The notes: generated by a model from the sequence alone, not told the origin. 64,000 bases of DNA from Flavobacteriales bacterium (GCA_964230215.1 CAXRGQ010000016.1:291982-355981), one strand, 5' to 3'; numbered from the stretch's first letter, positions 1 through 10,059 are shown. Program-made: numbers and translations.

Positions 1-498
1 GTAGACCTTAAGTATGTTAGGGCAGTTAAGTCAGGTGCAAGCCTAAATGGAACACGTCAAAGAAAGACGTACTTGGTATGTTTTTCTAACATGGAAATTA
101 CAAACAACACCATGTATTTCGATGAAGCAAAAGAGGGTCAATACTACGTAATTGCTGATTTTGAGGGGGAGATTATCGAAGGTATGGACAACGAGCCAAA
201 AGAAATAGAGGCAGGTAACTTTATTCCGGGTACCATGTTTGACGATGGAAACATTATCAATATGAAAGCATGGGTTGGCACAGCCGATAAGTGGAAACCT
301 ACAATGCTTATTCAGAATAACAGAGAGGACGAAGGTTCAGCTAAGCTTACTCATGTGGGTGATGGACACATTTGCGGTTCATTTAATGTAAAATCAGACG
401 GACTTGAGATTACTGGAAGCTTCTCAACGCCTATTGAAGATGATTTGTGGGAGAAAGCACAAGAATTAAAAGCTAAAATGAAGGAGTTAAGTAAATAA
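1..498 (+). CDS. hypothetical protein, probably 5'-partial (frame open to the window edge)
   Basis: Frame 1 has no stop codon from nt 1 to the TAA at 496-498. The ORF-track start at 73 is a TTG. A strong terminator hairpin follows. No recognisable motif. Confidence 0.5.
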   Translation, partial: VDLKYVRAVKSGASLNGTRQRKTYLVCFSNMEITNNTMYFDEAKEGQYYVIADFEGEIIEGMDNEPKEIEAGNFIPGTMFDDGNIINMKAWVGTADKWKPTMLIQNNREDEGSAKLTHVGDGHICGSFNVKSDGLEITGSFSTPIEDDLWEKAQELKAKMKELSK

Positions 499-522
499 AC
501 TTAGCCATTAATAGATAGGATT

Positions 523-551
523 GCGCCCGACTAGTCGGGCGCTTTTATTTT
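523..551 (+). terminator. rho-independent terminator
   Basis: Perfect 20-nt GC-rich palindrome GCGCCCGACTAGTCGGGCGC (523-542) followed by TTTTATTTT. Confidence 0.8.
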
Positions 552-558
552 ATATTTG
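551..558 (+). promoter_or_regulatory. Bacteroidota-type -7 promoter box TATATTTG (TAnnTTTG)
   Basis: Exact match to TAnnTTTG, 5 nt upstream of the ATG at 564. No clear -33 TTTG at canonical spacing. Confidence 0.4.
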
Positions 559-563
559 TCTTT

Positions 564-2042
564 ATGAGAAATTTTGTATCCGCACTCTTAGTTTCATTAA
601 CTCTATTTGGATTGACGGCAAATGCCCAATCTGATAGTTTAAATGGCGATTTCAGCCAACAATCAGCACAAGAATTAGCAGCTATGTTAGAAGCTGACTC
701 ACTTCCGAGTGAAGCAAAGATTGTAGAACAATCCAACATTGGTCCAGTTGATGAAACAGTCAATGAGGATGCTAGTTCTCCCAAGGAAGAAAAATCTGCA
801 GAAGAAAAAGAACCATTTTTCGATAACTCGGCCGTTGTATTCGGCATAATGTGCCTTATGATGGGCTTCTTGTTTTACACGGCAGGCTTAGAGAAATGGA
901 AAAAATTCTATTCGATTTTCCCAGTGCTAGTATTGTGCTATTTGATTCCTGCTGTCCTCAATACATTCGGTGTTATAGATGGCGAATCCATTGGACTCTA
1001 TCCTCCCATAAAGACCTTTCTGCTCCCTGCCAGTTTAGTTTTAATGACTTTGGGAATCGATTTTAAGGGTATCGCACGTCTCGGTAAGAAAGCCATTATT
1101 ATGTTCTTCACGGCAACCGTAGGAATCATAATTGGAGGTCCTATCGCCATGTTAATTGTTGGTGGATTTAGTCCCGAGACTGTTGGAGGAGCGGGCAATG
1201 AAGCGGCTTGGAAAGGGTTCGCCACGCTAGCTGGTAGCTGGATTGGTGGAGGTGCTAATCAACAAGCCATGTTGGACTTGTATGAATACAAAATGGATCT
1301 ATATGGCGGCATGGTGGCAGTAGATATAGGAGTAGCGGCAATTTGGATGACCATTCTCCTTTATCTAGCTGGTAGAGCTCATAAAATTGACAAATGGCTA
1401 AAGGCGGATTCGTCTGCCATCACAAAACTTCAAAACGATCTTAGCGATTATCAAGGCAGTATTTCACGTGTGCCCGTTACAAGAGATTTGATGGTGATTT
1501 TAGGCATTGCGTTTGGAGCAGTTGGAATCGCACATTTCTTTGGCGACGAACTAAGCGAATGGTTTGTAGAAACCTTTCCCAAGAACCTAGACATGCCATT
1601 TGCAAGTCAATTCTTTTGGGTGGTCGTCATTACAACAACAATCGGTTTAATCCTCTCCACAACAAAAATGCGGAAATACGAGGGAGCTGGTGCATCTAAA
1701 ATAGGTACCGTATTTATCTATCTACTTGTAATAGCCATAGGAATGAATATGGATCTGGGCAAGGTAGTAGAGAAACCAAGTCTATTGTTAGTTGGGCTAA
1801 TTTGGATGGCTATTCACGTCTTGTTATTATTCATAGTCGCGAAGATTATAAAAGCGCCATTCTTCTTTGTAGCAGTGGGATCCAAAGCGAATGTTGGAGG
1901 GGCTGCATCAGCTCCAGTAGTTGCAGGAGCCTTCCACCCTAGCCTAGCGCCTGTTGGAGCCCTCTTAGCTGTGTTAGGATATGCCGTTGGAACTTATGGC
2001 GCCATATTATGTGCCGAAATGATGAAAGTTGTTGCACCTTAA
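564..2042 (+). CDS. DUF819-family integral membrane protein with N-terminal signal peptide and acidic extension
   Basis: 492-aa multi-TM ORF. The C-terminal GSKANVGGAASAPVVAGAF...LGYAVGTYGA and the FPVLVLCYLIPAVLNTFGVI region resemble DUF819 proteins. The first ~90 aa are a signal peptide plus an acidic low-complexity stretch. Confidence 0.65.
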   Translation: MRNFVSALLVSLTLFGLTANAQSDSLNGDFSQQSAQELAAMLEADSLPSEAKIVEQSNIGPVDETVNEDASSPKEEKSAEEKEPFFDNSAVVFGIMCLMMGFLFYTAGLEKWKKFYSIFPVLVLCYLIPAVLNTFGVIDGESIGLYPPIKTFLLPASLVLMTLGIDFKGIARLGKKAIIMFFTATVGIIIGGPIAMLIVGGFSPETVGGAGNEAAWKGFATLAGSWIGGGANQQAMLDLYEYKMDLYGGMVAVDIGVAAIWMTILLYLAGRAHKIDKWLKADSSAITKLQNDLSDYQGSISRVPVTRDLMVILGIAFGAVGIAHFFGDELSEWFVETFPKNLDMPFASQFFWVVVITTTIGLILSTTKMRKYEGAGASKIGTVFIYLLVIAIGMNMDLGKVVEKPSLLLVGLIWMAIHVLLLFIVAKIIKAPFFFVAVGSKANVGGAASAPVVAGAFHPSLAPVGALLAVLGYAVGTYGAILCAEMMKVVAP

Positions 2043-2044
2043 CA

Positions 2045-4039
2045 ATGTACAGACTCCTGCTCCTAATAATATTCCTTGCTTCTGTTAATCTCAGGGCTCA
2101 AATTGAATTTGATAAAATCATCCATGATCATGGTGTGATAAGGGAAAATGGAGATAAGGTACAAGCCGATTTCATCGCGAAAAACACGAGTAGCAGTAAT
2201 GTAGAATTAATGACGGTTCAGCCAACGTGTGGATGTACACTTGGTAAATTCACAAAAAAGATTATTCCGCCGAATGACTCTAGTATAATATCTCTCGTTT
2301 ACGACCCTAAAGATCGTCCAGGGCAGTTTTTTAAGCCTGCTGAAATCACCTTTTCACAGGGTGGTAAAACCATCAGGCGAACTATTGCCGTTAAAGGATT
2401 CACGCTAGGTGAAGACACTCAGTTAGGCCAGAAAACAGAGACTAATTATCACATTGAAATTGCACCCTTTACGTTTAACCTTGACTATGCGGACAATTGG
2501 GTTATTAAAGATCAATCGAGATACAATGAACTGCTTAATGACTTCACCTTTATAATTGACCAGCATAATTTTGTTACCATCGTTTTGGACGTTCACTACC
2601 GTGAGAAAATCGACACTAATCTTGTTTTAAAAGGACTGGAAAAATTTAAAACCAAGGTGTACAACGACTTCAAATTACGCGCCTACCCCTCCAAAAACAT
2701 TGGCTTTAAAGTAAACCTGCTTGAAGATCTAGATCTGGATAACAACTATGACGCAAGGGTTGAAATGTATTCGAAACGCTTTACCAACCATAAGCTAGAA
2801 AGCTCAATTATAAGAGACACAACACGGGATGAGGGCAATGTGGAGTCCGTTGACTACTCTGAAAGACTGATGCATTATATTGACATAAGCGGAAAACAGA
2901 AAATACACAAATCACCCAACTACGATCAGTTTATTAATAGATGCAGACGAAATGCTATACAGCAACACGCAATTTATCTGGGTGCAGTCATCTATAATCA
3001 AACAAATGCTAAGAGCAAGTTCATAGATAAACAGATTAAAAAGGTGCGCAAGGAATTAATAAAACAGGGCATTCCAGATGATATTATTAAAATAATTCAA
3101 TTTGATACCGTGGATCTTGACACTAACAATTTAAGAATAGGCGAATTTCTGCCGCCCTACAACGATAGTCTTGACATCCCGTCAAAAATAGATACAATAA
3201 ACATCTTTCAACATTCCAATTCGAACGATAATTTAAACGTTCAAAAACTGCCTTCTTACTTCCAGCAGATAAAGGGAACAATCACACGCGTTGATACGAG
3301 CAACAAGTTTTTTATTAGCATGATGGACAACATTATCACTCAAATAAAAAACGGTACGCCTATCCAGTTTGTGATGGAGAGTAGCGCATCCAAGGCGCCA
3401 GCAAATCTTGCAGATGTAGGCAATGTTTATGTGGCTAGGTTGCGGGCAAAAGAATCGGTTGAGATAGTGAATACCTACTTAAAATCACGTGGAATTAAGG
3501 ATAAAGATATCGAGTGGAAAGAGGTTATTCCTTTAGTCTCTGGACCCGAATATGATTTACAAAAGTACCTGCCGCAGTATTACTATTACTTTCAGTACCT
3601 CAAAATCATTCCGATTTATAAGAATGATTACAAAGACCATTTCATTTCTCCTTACAAACTTAACTTCAGTTCAAACAGCACAGAAATACTTGAACATTCT
3701 GCACAGTTTCAACATTTTCTTGACCATTTAACAAGACGAATAATGGAGAAAGGATATGTTAAGTTAATTATCGAATCAAGTACATCTAGAGTGCCTCCAG
3801 GCAGAGAGTTTGGACTTAACCATCATCTTGCTTATCACAGAGCACAAATGGCGAAAAACATGATTTACGAGGGTATAAAAGAACGTGGATTTAATCCATC
3901 CAAGGTAGTGTTTACAGAAGAACGATTTTTAGAGCAGGGCCCAGATTTCGATAAACAGAAAGACAAAGGAAGCGACGAGAAATACATGCCCTTCCAGTAC
4001 ATAAAAATCCTTCCAACAGAGAATATTACCGAAAATTAA
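2045..4039 (+). CDS. secreted DUF1573 domain-containing protein (large uncharacterised C-terminal region)
   Basis: The ATG at 2045 gives signal peptide MYRLLLLIIFLASVNLRAQ. The N-terminal HDHGVI...QPTCGCT pattern is typical of DUF1573. The rest is unrecognised and contains two similar ESS(A/T)S(K/R)xP...RA modules. Confidence 0.6.
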   Translation: MYRLLLLIIFLASVNLRAQIEFDKIIHDHGVIRENGDKVQADFIAKNTSSSNVELMTVQPTCGCTLGKFTKKIIPPNDSSIISLVYDPKDRPGQFFKPAEITFSQGGKTIRRTIAVKGFTLGEDTQLGQKTETNYHIEIAPFTFNLDYADNWVIKDQSRYNELLNDFTFIIDQHNFVTIVLDVHYREKIDTNLVLKGLEKFKTKVYNDFKLRAYPSKNIGFKVNLLEDLDLDNNYDARVEMYSKRFTNHKLESSIIRDTTRDEGNVESVDYSERLMHYIDISGKQKIHKSPNYDQFINRCRRNAIQQHAIYLGAVIYNQTNAKSKFIDKQIKKVRKELIKQGIPDDIIKIIQFDTVDLDTNNLRIGEFLPPYNDSLDIPSKIDTINIFQHSNSNDNLNVQKLPSYFQQIKGTITRVDTSNKFFISMMDNIITQIKNGTPIQFVMESSASKAPANLADVGNVYVARLRAKESVEIVNTYLKSRGIKDKDIEWKEVIPLVSGPEYDLQKYLPQYYYYFQYLKIIPIYKNDYKDHFISPYKLNFSSNSTEILEHSAQFQHFLDHLTRRIMEKGYVKLIIESSTSRVPPGREFGLNHHLAYHRAQMAKNMIYEGIKERGFNPSKVVFTEERFLEQGPDFDKQKDKGSDEKYMPFQYIKILPTENITEN

Positions 4040-4938
4040 TGAGAGTATTCTGGGATACGCCTTATTGCCTTGACTTACCAGAAGGACATAGATTTCCGAT
4101 GGAAAAGTATAGTCTCATCCCTCAGCAATTACTCAGAGAAGGAATTATAGAGAACACGCAATTACGTGTTCCAACACCATGCGCTTGGGAGGACGCTTCA
4201 CTCTGCCATGATGACGCCTATCTATATAAGCTCAAACATCTTAAGTTGAGTAAGGCAGAACAAAGGCGTTCTGGTTTTCCGCTTAGTCAGGCGCTTATTG
4301 ACAGAGAGTTGCTTATTGTTGGTGGTACAATGCAAGCAGTTGAATATGCGCTAAAAAACGGCATTGCTTATAACGTTGCAGGGGGAACGCATCATGCATA
4401 TTCGGACAGGGCTGAAGGTTTCTGCCTATTAAACGATATCGCCATTTCTTCTATGTACGCCCTGAAAAATTTAGAGGTCAAAAAAGTATTGGTTGTGGAT
4501 TTGGATGTACATCAAGGCAACGGTACCGCTCAAATCTTTAGCGATAATGACAAAGTATTTACCTTCTCAATGCACGGCGCTCACAACTACCCATTAAAAA
4601 AAGAGCAAAGTGATTTAGATCTTCCAATGCCAGATGATTGTAGCGACGATGAATACCTGAGTACTTTAAACAACATCTTACCTCAACTAATTTCTAAGAC
4701 ACGTCCTGACCTCATTCACTATCAATGCGGGGTGGATGTATTAAAAAGTGATAAACTTGGAAGATTAGGCCTTAGTATAGAAGCTTGTAAAGAAAGGGAT
4801 CAAATAGTCTTGTCGCTGACCCACAATAAAGGGGTTCCAACCGTTTGCACAATGGGAGGTGGCTATTCTCCCGATATTAAAACTATTGTGAATGCACATG
4901 TTGAGACTTACAGAATCGGGGCCAACTTACACCTATAA
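4039..4938 (+). CDS. histone deacetylase-family (HDAC/AcuC-like) amidohydrolase
   Basis: GGTHHAYSDRAEGFCLLNDIA, DLDVHQGNGT and MGGGY motifs of the deacetylase fold. The start overlaps the upstream stop (TAATG). Confidence 0.85.
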   Translation: MRVFWDTPYCLDLPEGHRFPMEKYSLIPQQLLREGIIENTQLRVPTPCAWEDASLCHDDAYLYKLKHLKLSKAEQRRSGFPLSQALIDRELLIVGGTMQAVEYALKNGIAYNVAGGTHHAYSDRAEGFCLLNDIAISSMYALKNLEVKKVLVVDLDVHQGNGTAQIFSDNDKVFTFSMHGAHNYPLKKEQSDLDLPMPDDCSDDEYLSTLNNILPQLISKTRPDLIHYQCGVDVLKSDKLGRLGLSIEACKERDQIVLSLTHNKGVPTVCTMGGGYSPDIKTIVNAHVETYRIGANLHL

Positions 4939-5733
4939 TTATTCAACGATTTTATATTTCTGGCGAGCACTATCGCGAGTGCAGCTGTTAAAGTGCCACC
5001 ATTCGGTTTGAATATTGAAAAACCCAGCTCGTCCCATCACAGAGCGTAACAATCGTCTATTGTCTATATGTTTTTGTGTGATTTCACCTTTCGCTAAGAG
5101 CTCCTGCTCCTTCACTGGCCAGGCGTTAATGGAAGGATCATCAAAACCTGCTCCCATATCCAAAGGATCTCCATTTCCATCGATTATGCTCAAATCCACC
5201 GCTGCACCAAAATTATGGATAGAACCGTATTTGGGATTCGAGACAAACTTCACTTTCTGGTTAATGGGCATATCCAATACATCCCACATTACTTGCTGCA
5301 CCGAGCGTGGTCTAACAGCATCATACACCACCAAACTTAAACTGGAATCTTTCTCCTTTAAAAAAGCTTGTGCCTTCGCTAATTTTTGCGCGACATCCTC
5401 TTGTAAATAGGCATTTTCTAGACCACCATACACATCTCGTCCAATAAAATTATCTTCTGTCGTGTAGGCTAAGCGAACTGCAATTGTGCTATCTACAGCT
5501 TGAATGTTTATCAATCCAGCATCTATCAATCGTTGTTCCAGAGTATCAATATGTAAGGACGTTTCCAAGACAGCCGAATCGTAGACTAGTTCGTTAGAAG
5601 AATCTGTGGGCATCTCCACGGAAGCGGAATCCTTGGTCTCATTTTGTATTTGCTTAGATGCAGACGCATCCTCTTTTTTATTGCTTGAGCATGCTAAAAG
5701 GAACAAAATACATATGTAAGAAATACGATACAT
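4939..5733 (-). CDS. D-alanyl-D-alanine dipeptidase (peptidase M15D, VanX/DdpX-like), predicted lipoprotein
   Basis: Lipobox LFLLACSS. GSIHNFGAAVD (SxHxxGxAxD) and EWWHF motifs. Confidence 0.8.
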   Translation of the reverse strand: MYRISYICILFLLACSSNKKEDASASKQIQNETKDSASVEMPTDSSNELVYDSAVLETSLHIDTLEQRLIDAGLINIQAVDSTIAVRLAYTTEDNFIGRDVYGGLENAYLQEDVAQKLAKAQAFLKEKDSSLSLVVYDAVRPRSVQQVMWDVLDMPINQKVKFVSNPKYGSIHNFGAAVDLSIIDGNGDPLDMGAGFDDPSINAWPVKEQELLAKGEITQKHIDNRRLLRSVMGRAGFFNIQTEWWHFNSCTRDSARQKYKIVE

Positions 5734-5760
5734 TTACGCTAAGAAACAAAAAATGATGGC

Positions 5761-6672
5761 ATGCAAGCACCAGAAAGCATTATAATGATTCGCCCAAAGC
5801 ACTTTGGATTTAACCTGGAAACCTCATCTAGTAACGCTTTTCAGAATCAATCTGAAGACAAAGATGTGCTTGCAAAAGCCATTAGTGAGTTTGATGAAAT
5901 GCTTACAACACTCCAGAATGCTGGTATAGACTGTAAGGTGTTTGATGATAATGACGTGCCTGTAACGCCAGACTCCATTTTTCCGAATAATTGGTTCTCG
6001 ACTCATAGAGACGGTCACTTAGTTATTTATCCTATGGCGACGAAAAATAGACAAGCAGAAATCCGGACAGATCTTATTGAATTCTTAAAAGCAAATTACC
6101 ACGTTAAAGAGACGATAGATTTAAGTCCATGCCATACCGAAGAAATTTATCTTGAAGGCACGGGAAGTATCGTCTTTGATCATATTACACGCACTGCCTA
6201 TGCATGTGAATCTCCTCGAACCAATGTAAAGCAGTTCACTCAGCTCTGCGCTAAACTGGGGTACTTGCCAATAAGTTTTTTAGCACAAGATTTACAGGGG
6301 CAAGCCATTTATCACACCAATGTAATGTTATCAGTCGGCTCAGATATCGTTATCATTTGCAGCGACTCCATCAGTGATCCTGTTGAACGAAAAATGACAC
6401 TTAAAGAGTTATCAAAGTCCAAAAAGCTTGTAATTGATGTCGACTTTAAAACCATGAATAATTTCGCGTGTAATGCTATAGAACTGAAAGCAAACACGGG
6501 AGAATCTGTATTAGCCATAAGCTCAAGAGCATGGGATGTAATGGACGCTGACCACAAGTTTAAAATAGAGCGGTATTTAAAAGTGCTACCTATCAGCATT
6601 CCTACAATTGAAAAAGTTGGTGGCGGGAGTGTGCGTTGCATGATAGCTGGGGTTCATTTTAAATCAAAATAA
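5761..6672 (+). CDS. amidinotransferase / arginine deiminase-related protein (CtlX-like guanidino-group modifying enzyme)
   Basis: 303 aa. C-terminal GGGSVRCM catalytic-Cys motif of the GME superfamily. The N-terminal IMIRPxxFGFN pattern is typical of this family. Confidence 0.7.
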   Translation: MQAPESIIMIRPKHFGFNLETSSSNAFQNQSEDKDVLAKAISEFDEMLTTLQNAGIDCKVFDDNDVPVTPDSIFPNNWFSTHRDGHLVIYPMATKNRQAEIRTDLIEFLKANYHVKETIDLSPCHTEEIYLEGTGSIVFDHITRTAYACESPRTNVKQFTQLCAKLGYLPISFLAQDLQGQAIYHTNVMLSVGSDIVIICSDSISDPVERKMTLKELSKSKKLVIDVDFKTMNNFACNAIELKANTGESVLAISSRAWDVMDADHKFKIERYLKVLPISIPTIEKVGGGSVRCMIAGVHFKSK

Positions 6673-6685
6673 CTAACTTTAGACT

Positions 6686-7174
6686 ATGGCATCATTCGAT
6701 ATTGTAAGCAAAATTGACGTTCAAACTCTTGACAACGCAGTAAACTCAGCTAAAAGAGAGATAGAAACACGATATGACTTTAGAGGTTCTAATAGTACTA
6801 TAGATTTGGATAAAAAATCAATGGTAATTCATATCACCACTGAGGACGATATGCGCATGGATAGCATTGAGAAAGTAATCATTGGTCGTTTTGTAAAGCA
6901 AAAATTAGATCCCTCTGCCCTGGATTTTGGGAAAGAACAATATGCCGCCGGAAAAAACATCAAGAAAGACATACTTGTCAAGCAAGGCATTGATAAAGAA
7001 AGTGCCAAGAAAATCGTTAAAACCATTAAGGATTTGAAGTTAAAAGTTCAGCCAAGTATTATGGATGATCAAGTCCGTGTAAACGGTAAAAAGATAGATG
7101 ATCTACAGGCCTGCATTGCTGCTCTTAGAACTGCGGATGTTGGGATTCCTTTGCAGTTTGTGAATATGAAGTAG
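6686..7174 (+). CDS. yajQ: YajQ-family nucleotide (c-di-GMP)-binding protein
   Basis: N-terminus MASFDIVSKIDVQTLDNAVNSAKREIETRYDFRGS and a length of 162 aa are characteristic of UPF0234/YajQ. Confidence 0.85.
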   Translation: MASFDIVSKIDVQTLDNAVNSAKREIETRYDFRGSNSTIDLDKKSMVIHITTEDDMRMDSIEKVIIGRFVKQKLDPSALDFGKEQYAAGKNIKKDILVKQGIDKESAKKIVKTIKDLKLKVQPSIMDDQVRVNGKKIDDLQACIAALRTADVGIPLQFVNMK

Positions 7175-7175
7175 T

Positions 7176-7466
7176 TTATTTCTTTACAATCTGTCTCAAA
7201 GCCTCCAAGTGCTCCCCAAACGCCTTCTGTCCCTTTGATGTCAACGCATACTCCGTGCGTGGTCTTGCACCTGCAAACTTTCTTTTTTGCTTGAGCATCT
7301 TTTTATCTCGTAAGGCTTTAATGCGTCCTGCTAGCATACCGTCCGAAACGCCACACGCCTCTTTTAACTCGCTGTATGACTTCCACACATCTGGGTAGAG
7401 CGCATAAGCAATGCTCAAACTCACCTTATTCTCAAAGGCTTTATTGTATTTAGAAAGTAGTTCCAA
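7176..7466 (-). CDS. small winged-helix transcriptional regulator
   Basis: 96 aa with SYSELKEACGVSDGMLAGRIKALRDKKMLKQK...EYALTSKG (wHTH pattern). The start codon is TTG. A TAACTTTG -7 box lies at 7491-7484. Confidence 0.55.
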   Translation of the reverse strand: MELLSKYNKAFENKVSLSIAYALYPDVWKSYSELKEACGVSDGMLAGRIKALRDKKMLKQKRKFAGARPRTEYALTSKGQKAFGEHLEALRQIVKK

Positions 7467-7498
7467 TTAATAACTATTAAATTCAAAGTTAACTGAAT

Positions 7499-7801
7499 TT
7501 AATAGTTAGTGCATGCCGAAATGAATAAAATTACATTACACAACCAGACTAAACTGATGAGAAGTCCGAGAAGTCTCTGCCCCTTCATGCGTGTATATTG
7601 CTTGTGATCCGAATTGATAAAAAATGCAATACTCGGCAGCATTAGAAGAAATATAATACTTAAAATAAGTGATTTAAGAGGCGTATAGTTTATTATGGCA
7701 TCATTATGAACAAACAATGACACACCCAACAACATAAACGAATACACTGCTGGCAATACGCAGAAAAATCCAATTAATATTCTTGGTGAAAGTTGTCTCA
7801 T
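7499..7801 (-). CDS. hypothetical membrane protein (3 predicted TM segments)
   Basis: 100-aa hydrophobic ORF, co-directional with its neighbours. No recognisable motif. Confidence 0.45.
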   Translation of the reverse strand: MRQLSPRILIGFFCVLPAVYSFMLLGVSLFVHNDAIINYTPLKSLILSIIFLLMLPSIAFFINSDHKQYTRMKGQRLLGLLISLVWLCNVILFISACTNY

Positions 7802-7899
7802 ACTATATTTTTAAAAGTAGTATGAAAACTAAAGTATATAAAATTCAAAGAGATACTCTAAGCATGAATTTTGATTATTAACCATGAAATGTTGAATAT

Positions 7900-8094
7900 C
7901 TACAAACTAGAAAGTAGCCATGCCAATAATGCAATTAGCACAAGTGCCAGAAATACCTTTGGGTTTTTATACAAAGGTTTAGGACGTCTGGTCAAAGACT
8001 CGAACCTATGCGAGAGCTTACCAAAATCCTTGTAGCGATTAATTGTTTCATCGCTTGGCTGAGTATTGTCCTTATTTAATTTATATTTTTTCAT
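7900..8094 (-). CDS. small single-pass membrane protein, possible anti-sigma partner of the upstream ECF sigma
   Basis: 64 aa with a basic N-terminal region and a C-terminal TM (VFLALVLIALLAWLL). Its start overlaps the sigma gene stop by 4 nt (ATGA). Confidence 0.4.
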   Translation of the reverse strand: MKKYKLNKDNTQPSDETINRYKDFGKLSHRFESLTRRPKPLYKNPKVFLALVLIALLAWLLSSL

Positions 8095-8645
8095 GCGCCC
8101 ATTTCCTTTTTTAATTTATCTAAGGCACGGTATGTTTTGATTTTGGCATTGCCTGCACTTATTCCCAAAATTACAGCCATTTCTTTAAATGAACACTTAT
8201 CGAAAAATCTTAATTCAATTAATCGCTGATCTGCTGCCTTTAATTTTGATAAGGCTTCAAGCATTCGCTCTATTTCAGTATCATCCGACTCGTTTATTTC
8301 AATTTCTCGCATTACAACGCTCGCATCATTCACCTGAATTTCTACAGTTTGTGTTTTCTTACTTGCCCTGTAATGCATATTAATCTCATTGATGGCAATT
8401 CGGTATAACCAAGATGAAAACGGATAGCCCATGCATTTATAGCCAGGCAATTTGGTAAGTGCCTTCAAAAATATAGTCGAACATAACTCACCACTTAAAT
8501 TTTCATCTGCAACACGCTTTAGAACAAATAAATATATCTGCTTAAAGTAGGCGTCATATAACAAGCCGAAGACTCTGTGGTCTTTCTGAGCTCGTTTTAT
8601 GATACGCTCTTCTTCTTCTATGCTATATTTTCTGTTACCTCCCAA
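8091..8645 (-). CDS. RNA polymerase ECF-type sigma-70 factor
   Basis: Region 2 (FGLLYDAYFKQIYLFVLKRV...FLKALTKL, SWLYRIAINE) and region 4 (LSKLKAADQRLIELRFFDKCSFKEMAVILGISAGNAKIKTYRAL). Apparent TTG start. Confidence 0.85.
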   Translation of the reverse strand: MGGNRKYSIEEEERIIKRAQKDHRVFGLLYDAYFKQIYLFVLKRVADENLSGELCSTIFLKALTKLPGYKCMGYPFSSWLYRIAINEINMHYRASKKTQTVEIQVNDASVVMREIEINESDDTEIERMLEALSKLKAADQRLIELRFFDKCSFKEMAVILGISAGNAKIKTYRALDKLKKEMGA

Positions 8646-8709
8646 AGTCGCGTTTAACTATAAAATGCTTATATTTAAAAATGGTACACTTTTTTCTACA
8701 TTAGTTGTA

Positions 8710-10059
8710 ATGAGTATAGTGCAAAGTAAAATATTATTCGTTCTCTATCTAGCGTGTCTGCCTCTTTTAACTTTTTCACAAGAGTATAAGTTAAGTGATC
8801 CCCTGTTTAAATCGGGGCACTCGGATTTCTCGCCATGCTTCAGAAATGATCAATTGGTGTTTACATCTACCATGCCAACCCAATACAGCAAAAAGGAAGT
8901 GGCCAACATCTTCTATTACAATGATGGAGAATTCGAATTAGTGTCTGAGAAGTTAAGCTCTAGTCTACATGACGGCCCGGCGAGTTTTAGCGCAGATGGA
9001 AATACTATTTGTTACTCGTCCAACCAAAATGGGGCGGTAAGTGAAAATCAAAAATTAAATATCGGTCTATACTTTAGTACTTATGTGGATGGTGAATGGA
9101 CGGATCCAATAGAATTTAAGCACAACAGTCCCAATTTTAGTAATGCCTACCCTAGTCTGAGTGCTGACGGTAAAACATTAATTTTCTCCTCTACCAGACC
9201 TGGGGGATTTGGAGGGACTGATTTATATGTATCTTTCAAAGATGATAATGGCTGGTCTCAACCTCAAAACCTTGGTGGAAAAATCAATTCTGAACTAAAC
9301 GAGTCATTCCCATTTCTGCACAGCTCTGGCAGATTATACTTTTCATCTAATGCAGGAACACGTTACGGTGGTCTGGATATTTTTTATAGCGATTCGCTAA
9401 GCGATGGTTGGACGGTACCGGATCCCCTTCCAAGTCCATTAAATTCTAATGGAGACGATTTTGGGATTGTATTTGACGCTTCCCAAGCGAGTGGCTACAT
9501 CAGTTCGTCGAGAAAGAAAGGCCGGGATATGATTTATCCCTTTACCCTACAAACACCGAAATCTAAAAAATGTGAATCTGTGGCATTTGAGCCCGAGACC
9601 ATTACTTTCTTTGAAGCTGGTCCAGAGAGCGAGCGAGATATCACACATCTTAACTATATCTGGGAAATAAATAATGAAACATTCAATTCCCATGAGGTCG
9701 CCTATACCTTCAATCAACCTGGGTCTTTCCCCGTTAAGTTATACTTGCGCGACTCGCTTTTGAGAGACACCACATTGGTAGCGGAGTATGATCACGTGGT
9801 AAAACACAAATCGGATATTGAGATTTCATATCATTCATCTGCCTCAAATGACTATTTAATGATTGATAAAGTCCATTTATCGAATAATCAGAACTTAAAC
9901 TACGTTTGGACAGTAAACGAAACAAATTATGTAGGCAGAAAATGTCCGCTTCCGAATGACAAAAATGCCAAAATAAAGCTGTATATTGCTAGTAATGATG
10001 AAAAGCTTTCCTATCGCTGCTATGAGATTTCTGCTTCTGACTTTGTTGGGAGTGAGTAG
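8710..10059 (+). CDS. secreted PD40 (TolB-like WD40 beta-propeller repeat) domain protein
   Basis: The ATG at 8710 gives a signal peptide (ILFVLYLACLPLLTFSQ). Repeated ...SADGNTICYSS / SLSADGKTLIFSSTRPGGFGGTDLYVS / SGRLYFSS motifs match PD40 repeats. The C-terminal part looks Ig/PKD-like. Confidence 0.65.
   Translation: MSIVQSKILFVLYLACLPLLTFSQEYKLSDPLFKSGHSDFSPCFRNDQLVFTSTMPTQYSKKEVANIFYYNDGEFELVSEKLSSSLHDGPASFSADGNTICYSSNQNGAVSENQKLNIGLYFSTYVDGEWTDPIEFKHNSPNFSNAYPSLSADGKTLIFSSTRPGGFGGTDLYVSFKDDNGWSQPQNLGGKINSELNESFPFLHSSGRLYFSSNAGTRYGGLDIFYSDSLSDGWTVPDPLPSPLNSNGDDFGIVFDASQASGYISSSRKKGRDMIYPFTLQTPKSKKCESVAFEPETITFFEAGPESERDITHLNYIWEINNETFNSHEVAYTFNQPGSFPVKLYLRDSLLRDTTLVAEYDHVVKHKSDIEISYHSSASNDYLMIDKVHLSNNQNLNYVWTVNETNYVGRKCPLPNDKNAKIKLYIASNDEKLSYRCYEISASDFVGSE

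Noticed and set aside
2009-2044. ORF-track N-terminal extensions: 2009, 8599, 10950, 23585-23656, 30680, 37693, 40087, 53161 and 59284.
   Set aside because: In each case an internal ATG gives a proper signal peptide or a conserved N-terminal motif. Each extension either overlaps the upstream gene or contains a promoter element (the TAnnTTTG box or the sigma-54 promoter). Several extensions start on TTG or GTG.
4990-5010. TGGCAC-N5-CAGCT on the minus strand, as a third sigma-54 promoter.
   Set aside because: It lies inside the D-Ala-D-Ala dipeptidase coding region, has a poor -12 element and has no downstream gene start.
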